Position numbers and translations under genes: made by a program. The notes below the pieces were generated by a model. That model was given only the letters and a program-made list of their open reading frames with translations. It was not told where the DNA came from and ran no database searches. DNA of 64,000 bases from NCBI GenBank assembly GCA_024229515.1, contig JAAESI010000030.1:78404-142403 (forward strand), given 5' to 3'. Each line of letters begins with the position of its first letter. Position 1 is the stretch's first letter. Origin of the DNA: Pseudomonadota bacterium (GTDB lineage Bacteria; Myxococcota_A; UBA796; UBA9615). Shown here in pieces: positions 63,059-64,000 of the stretch.

Positions 63059-63786
63059 CTACCCTCCCTCCACCCACGGGGCCCAACCCGAGACGTAGAG
63101 CGCGTAGAACGTGACGATGAAGACGCTGTACAGGGCCGGCACGACGAGCAGCCACCGACGGCTGTACCGGAGTTCCTGCTCGGTGCGATCGGACACGTCC
63201 AGAGGCCCGATGATCGTGGCGTAGAGCACCCCGACGATGAGGCAGGCGGCGAGCACGTCGGCGAAGTAGTGCTGCTTCACGAGCATCGTGGAGGCGCCCA
63301 CGAGCACGAGGTTCACCAGCGCCAGTTGGGCCATGGGGCGGTCGGCCTTCCAGCAGGCCGCGGCGGCGAGCGCGGCGGCGCCCACGTGCAGGGACGGGAA
63401 GCAGTTGGTGGGCTCGTCCAGCCAGTACATGAAGTGCATGCCCCAGGCGGTCAGCGTGTCCGGCGGGGCGAGGTCGCTGGCGCGCAGTTCGTACCGAACG
63501 GGAAAGACCAGGAACGTCGTCACGAAATGGCCTCGAGGGCCAGGGCCGCGATCGCGATCCGTTGGAACAGCTGCCGATCGCGAACGACCAGCACGGGCAG
63601 GTAGCTGGTGAAGAACAGCAGCCCGTAGACGTACAACCACGTCGGCGCCAGCGGCGTCGCGACGTCGATCGGGAGCTCCAGGGTGTGGGTCGGAAGCGTC
63701 GCGGAGAGCTTGTTGACGGGCCAATACAGCGAGTACACCGCGCTCAACGCGACAACCAGCAGCAGCCGTTCTCGGGTCGGGCTCAC
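63059..63786 (-). pseudogene. PAP2-family (IPC synthase-like) membrane protein, frameshifted near 63530
   Basis: The N-terminal ORF 63520-63786 and a second frame (FLVFPV...DEPTNCFPSLHV...STMLVKQHYFADV) together form one PAP2 protein. Confidence 0.75.
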
Positions 63787-64000
63787 CCCTTCACGTTAGG
63801 CCGATTCCTCAAGGCTCTGCCGATCTCGACGATGAGCCCTCCGATCGCAAGACCAACGAAACGGCACCCCCGTGCGAAAGCCGGGCTCGCAAAGCTCCTG
63901 ACCTACAGCGCCTGTTCGCGCCACGGTTTGAAGAGCTCCCGAACTGGAGAGTTCCCCTTGAAGACTTCCCTGTGGCGCGCCAGCGCTTTCCTGACCGTGC

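Noticed and set aside
63787-64000. Terminal non-coding stretch as an RNA gene
   Set aside because: No recognisable tRNA or riboswitch motif, and it is truncated by the window edge.

Overview
This is a high-GC bacterial chromosome segment spanning the replication origin. Gene content (bactofilin next to parB, many Ser/Thr kinase-ATPase-TPR genes, a TonB_C-fused TonB-dependent receptor, DUF4398/OmpA, Asp-rich lipoproteins) suggests Myxococcota or a related deltaproteobacterial lineage. Left arm (minus strand): rpmH-rnpA-yidD-yidC-jag-mnmE, an inserted block (frameshifted hypothetical, FG-GAP lipoprotein, sulfotransferase), then mnmG-rsmG-parA-parB-bactofilin. Right arm: ECF sigma plus cupin anti-sigma, dnaA, oriC, dnaN-recF-gyrB, fabH plus two ArsA/Get3-family ATPases, gyrA, a TPR lipoprotein and hemL. 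Further right are thrC, a broken kinase, a TonB-dependent receptor, dksA-priA, gshB, envelope genes, a second ECF pair and preTA. No CRISPR array, rRNA, tRNA, integrase or transposase was seen. The most unusual observations are: (1) a ~0.9 kb integration remnant bounded by a diverged duplicate of the thrC 3' end and carrying an orphan ORF with a possible RelE/ParE-like half; (2) several core genes that appear to start at CTG or ATC; (3) a fabH-ArsA-ArsA cassette inside gyrB-gyrA; (4) an ECF sigma and its putative anti-sigma sharing the peptide RFDDLLD; (5) a near-helically phased CGATCG array upstream of dnaA; (6) a shared TTACAYGCGCGCGCA tract upstream of gyrB and parA; (7) four parS-like palindromes, all inside coding sequence. 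All calls come from reading the sequence by eye; no searches were run.
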